From NCBI GenBank assembly GCA_964016885.1, contig OZ024741.1, positions 194,494,001-194,558,000 of the forward strand: a DNA stretch of 64,000 nt, written 5' to 3'. A model generated the notes under the pieces. The model was not told where the DNA came from and did no database searches. It was given only the letters and a program-made list of their open reading frames with translations. Shown piece by piece: positions 35,405 to 64,000 of the stretch. The DNA is from Eledone cirrhosa. Lineage: Eukaryota. Within the stretch, counting starts at the first letter, position 1, and each line of letters opens with the position of its first letter. Made by a program: the position numbers and the translations under genes.

Positions 35405-37113
35405 CTGAATTAGTTTAAGAGTTGAAAGAAAATGATTAAAATTTATTTTTAGAGAAGAAAAACAGAAATAATGATGTTTGAAGCCAGATTTTAAAGAATT
35501 TGTTTTTTTTTAAAGAAGATTAAAAGAGAAAAAAGAAATAAAGATGCACAGAAAATATAAACAAAAAACAAAACAAAACACAACAGACAAATACTGGTAG
35601 AATATTGTAAACTTAAATTATAATTATTATCTATTCATTAGCACATAGACACAAATTGCAAGGAAGTGGTAGAATTGGATTGATCCCCAATATATATCAG
35701 GTAGTTATCAAGCAATGTCAATTTGAAATGAGAATTGAACCCAGAATATATTGTATAACATTTAGTCAGGTGTTACCATTTGTGCTAAGAGGGCCTCTAT
35801 GTGGTCGATCTAACTGATAGAATTAGCAACCAAATTCCTCTTTAAATCATCATCATCACCATCATCGTTTAACGTCCATCTTCCACGCTTGCATGGGTTT
35901 GGACGGGAATTTTCCCACTTGAGGCAAGATTGGTTGTCTTACTCGTATAGGACTGACTGGCGGGTTTTTTACGGCTGGATGCCCTTCCTAACACCAACCA
36001 GGTTTACAGTGTGGGCTGGGAGGTTTTTACCGCGTTACCTACACGGCCACATTACAGCGTGGTCTCTGTGTTTTTTTGTCGTGACACGTACACGTCCTCA
36101 TTTATTTACGACTGGATGTTGTGGTACCAACATAGCTTTACATCGAAAGGGGTGGTGTAGATGGCGGTAGGGGTAGTGGGACGGTGCTGGATGTTGTGGT
36201 ACCAACAATGAAAAGACATACTGAATAACATAAACCTAGTTAGATTATATCTAGAATAAAGGCAGGTTGGTCAAGGCTGTAATGCCACTGACCCAGGTCT
36301 ATATGATCAGACACATTTTGAGTGGGGAGTATAGTTGTTTAAATCAACTCCAGCACATAATTGGTACTTGTTGATTACAGAAGGATGAAAAGCAAAATCA
36401 AACCCAATGGAATATGGCTGAAATATCTTTGATAATAGGTCAGCTGGATCAAAGCTGATCTTGTAGTAAACAACAAAACGACAATTGTCCAGTCTTTCCT
36501 GCAACCCTACCCCTACCTACTGACATTGACTTAACAGACATCCAACATTAACCACAATCACTTCATGACACCCCTATCTCTTTCTCCCCCCCCCCCCCCC
36601 CAACTAAATTATTTAAAAAATGCTTGACCTATTAAACATTTTCAAAATTTACTTTGACCCACCACCTCTCCTTCATGACCTACCACTTCTTATTTATATC
36701 CCACCACCTCTCACACATGACCCACTACCTATCACTCGTCATACCACCTCTCCCTCATGACCACACTCATCCCCTCGCATGTTACACTACCTCTCTCACA
36801 TGGCCCACTACATTTCACTCATGCCCCACCACCTCTCCCTTATGTCACACCCCCACCCCCCTTTCATATCTCACAACCTCTCATGTCTCACCTGACAATC
36901 ACAAACACCTCTTTATCTAGCATGTGATCATGTAGGCGACCAACACTATGGAGGTCGTCATGTATTTGACAGCTAAAGAGTCCTACCAACCCTTTGTTTG
37001 GCAAGCTTTCTATGGTTGGATGCTCTGCCTATCACCAACCCTTTTTTACAGAGTGTATAAATTCACTAATACTCCCGTCATCTTTTCCCTTGCAGTCACT
37101 TAAGTTTATGTTA

Positions 37114-37272
<159 letters not shown>

Positions 37273-38027
37273 CTAGAATAAAAAACAATCAAAACTGCCA
37301 ATTAATAAGGTGATATCATCAATAATAAATAAATACCACAAGACATTGTGTTTGATGCTCTACTGATTCTTTCATCCACCACTCAATAATGATTTCAAAT
37401 TTTGGTACAAGGCCACCAATTTTATGAGTAGGGAAAAGTCAAGTATATCGACATCAATACTTTACTGGTGCATTATTTTATCAAGCTCAGAGGGATATGA
37501 AGGCAAAGTTGACATCAACAGGATTTGAAATCAGAACATAAAGAGCCAGAATAAATACTGCAAACAATTTGTCTCATGCTCTCACAACTCTGCCAATCCA
37601 CCAGTCTTCAATAATAACAGCTGTTATTTCAACCAAGACACAAATACTATCCATTGAAGCATTCAGTGTGAAACAAACTATTTCTTCACCTCACAACCTC
37701 CATCTAATCCATGCAAGCATGGAAAAATAGATTTTAAATGATGATGATGATGATAATAATACAATCAAGGTGAGTGGGATGTGATTATCATCATCATCAC
37801 CATTTAACATCCATTATTCTATGCGAGCATGGATTGGACAAGTTATCCTGTTGTGAGCAATGCTCGACCAGGTGACCATGTCATTCTCATACAGAACTGA
37901 TTTTGGTTATATACATACAGTTTTAAATAATTGTTTCTACTTTAGGCACAAGGCCAGCAATTACCCAGTGCATTACTGGTACTTTATTTTATCGACCCCA
38001 TAATAACTGTATCAGCTATTGCAGTTA

Positions 38028-64000
<25,973 letters not shown>

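Overview
AT-rich, repeat-dense animal genomic DNA. The SINE/LINE repertoire looks octopus/coleoid-like, but that is inference. Two spliced genes converge tail to tail, and the ORF track misses almost all of both. On the + strand are coding exons 2-7 of a calcineurin B homologous protein (CHP1-like, 9521-23086; exon 1 was not found and is probably upstream). On the - strand are the last three coding exons of the COPII subunit Sec23 (38237 down to the stop at 32421). From about 38.3 kb to the window end is a 30-bp satellite (about 855 monomers, more than 25.6 kb) with higher-order structure. It lies in a Sec23 intron and begins only tens of bases from the 3' splice site. The most interesting observations are: (i) two type I hammerhead ribozyme motifs 492 bp apart in direct repeats next to a Penelope-like RT remnant (pLTR/retrozyme-like); (ii) a third, degenerate hammerhead on the sense strand of the last Sec23 intron; (iii) a candidate frame-preserving 18-nt Sec23 microexon behind a 187-nt AG-free zone; (iv) an RTE-like LINE with a 28-bp 5' inversion and a TSD; (v) a perfect 50-bp palindrome; and (vi) a SINE whose internal segment has repeatedly expanded into minisatellites. 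Everything was read by eye. Exon and motif coordinates were counted base by base, while most repeat boundaries are approximate.
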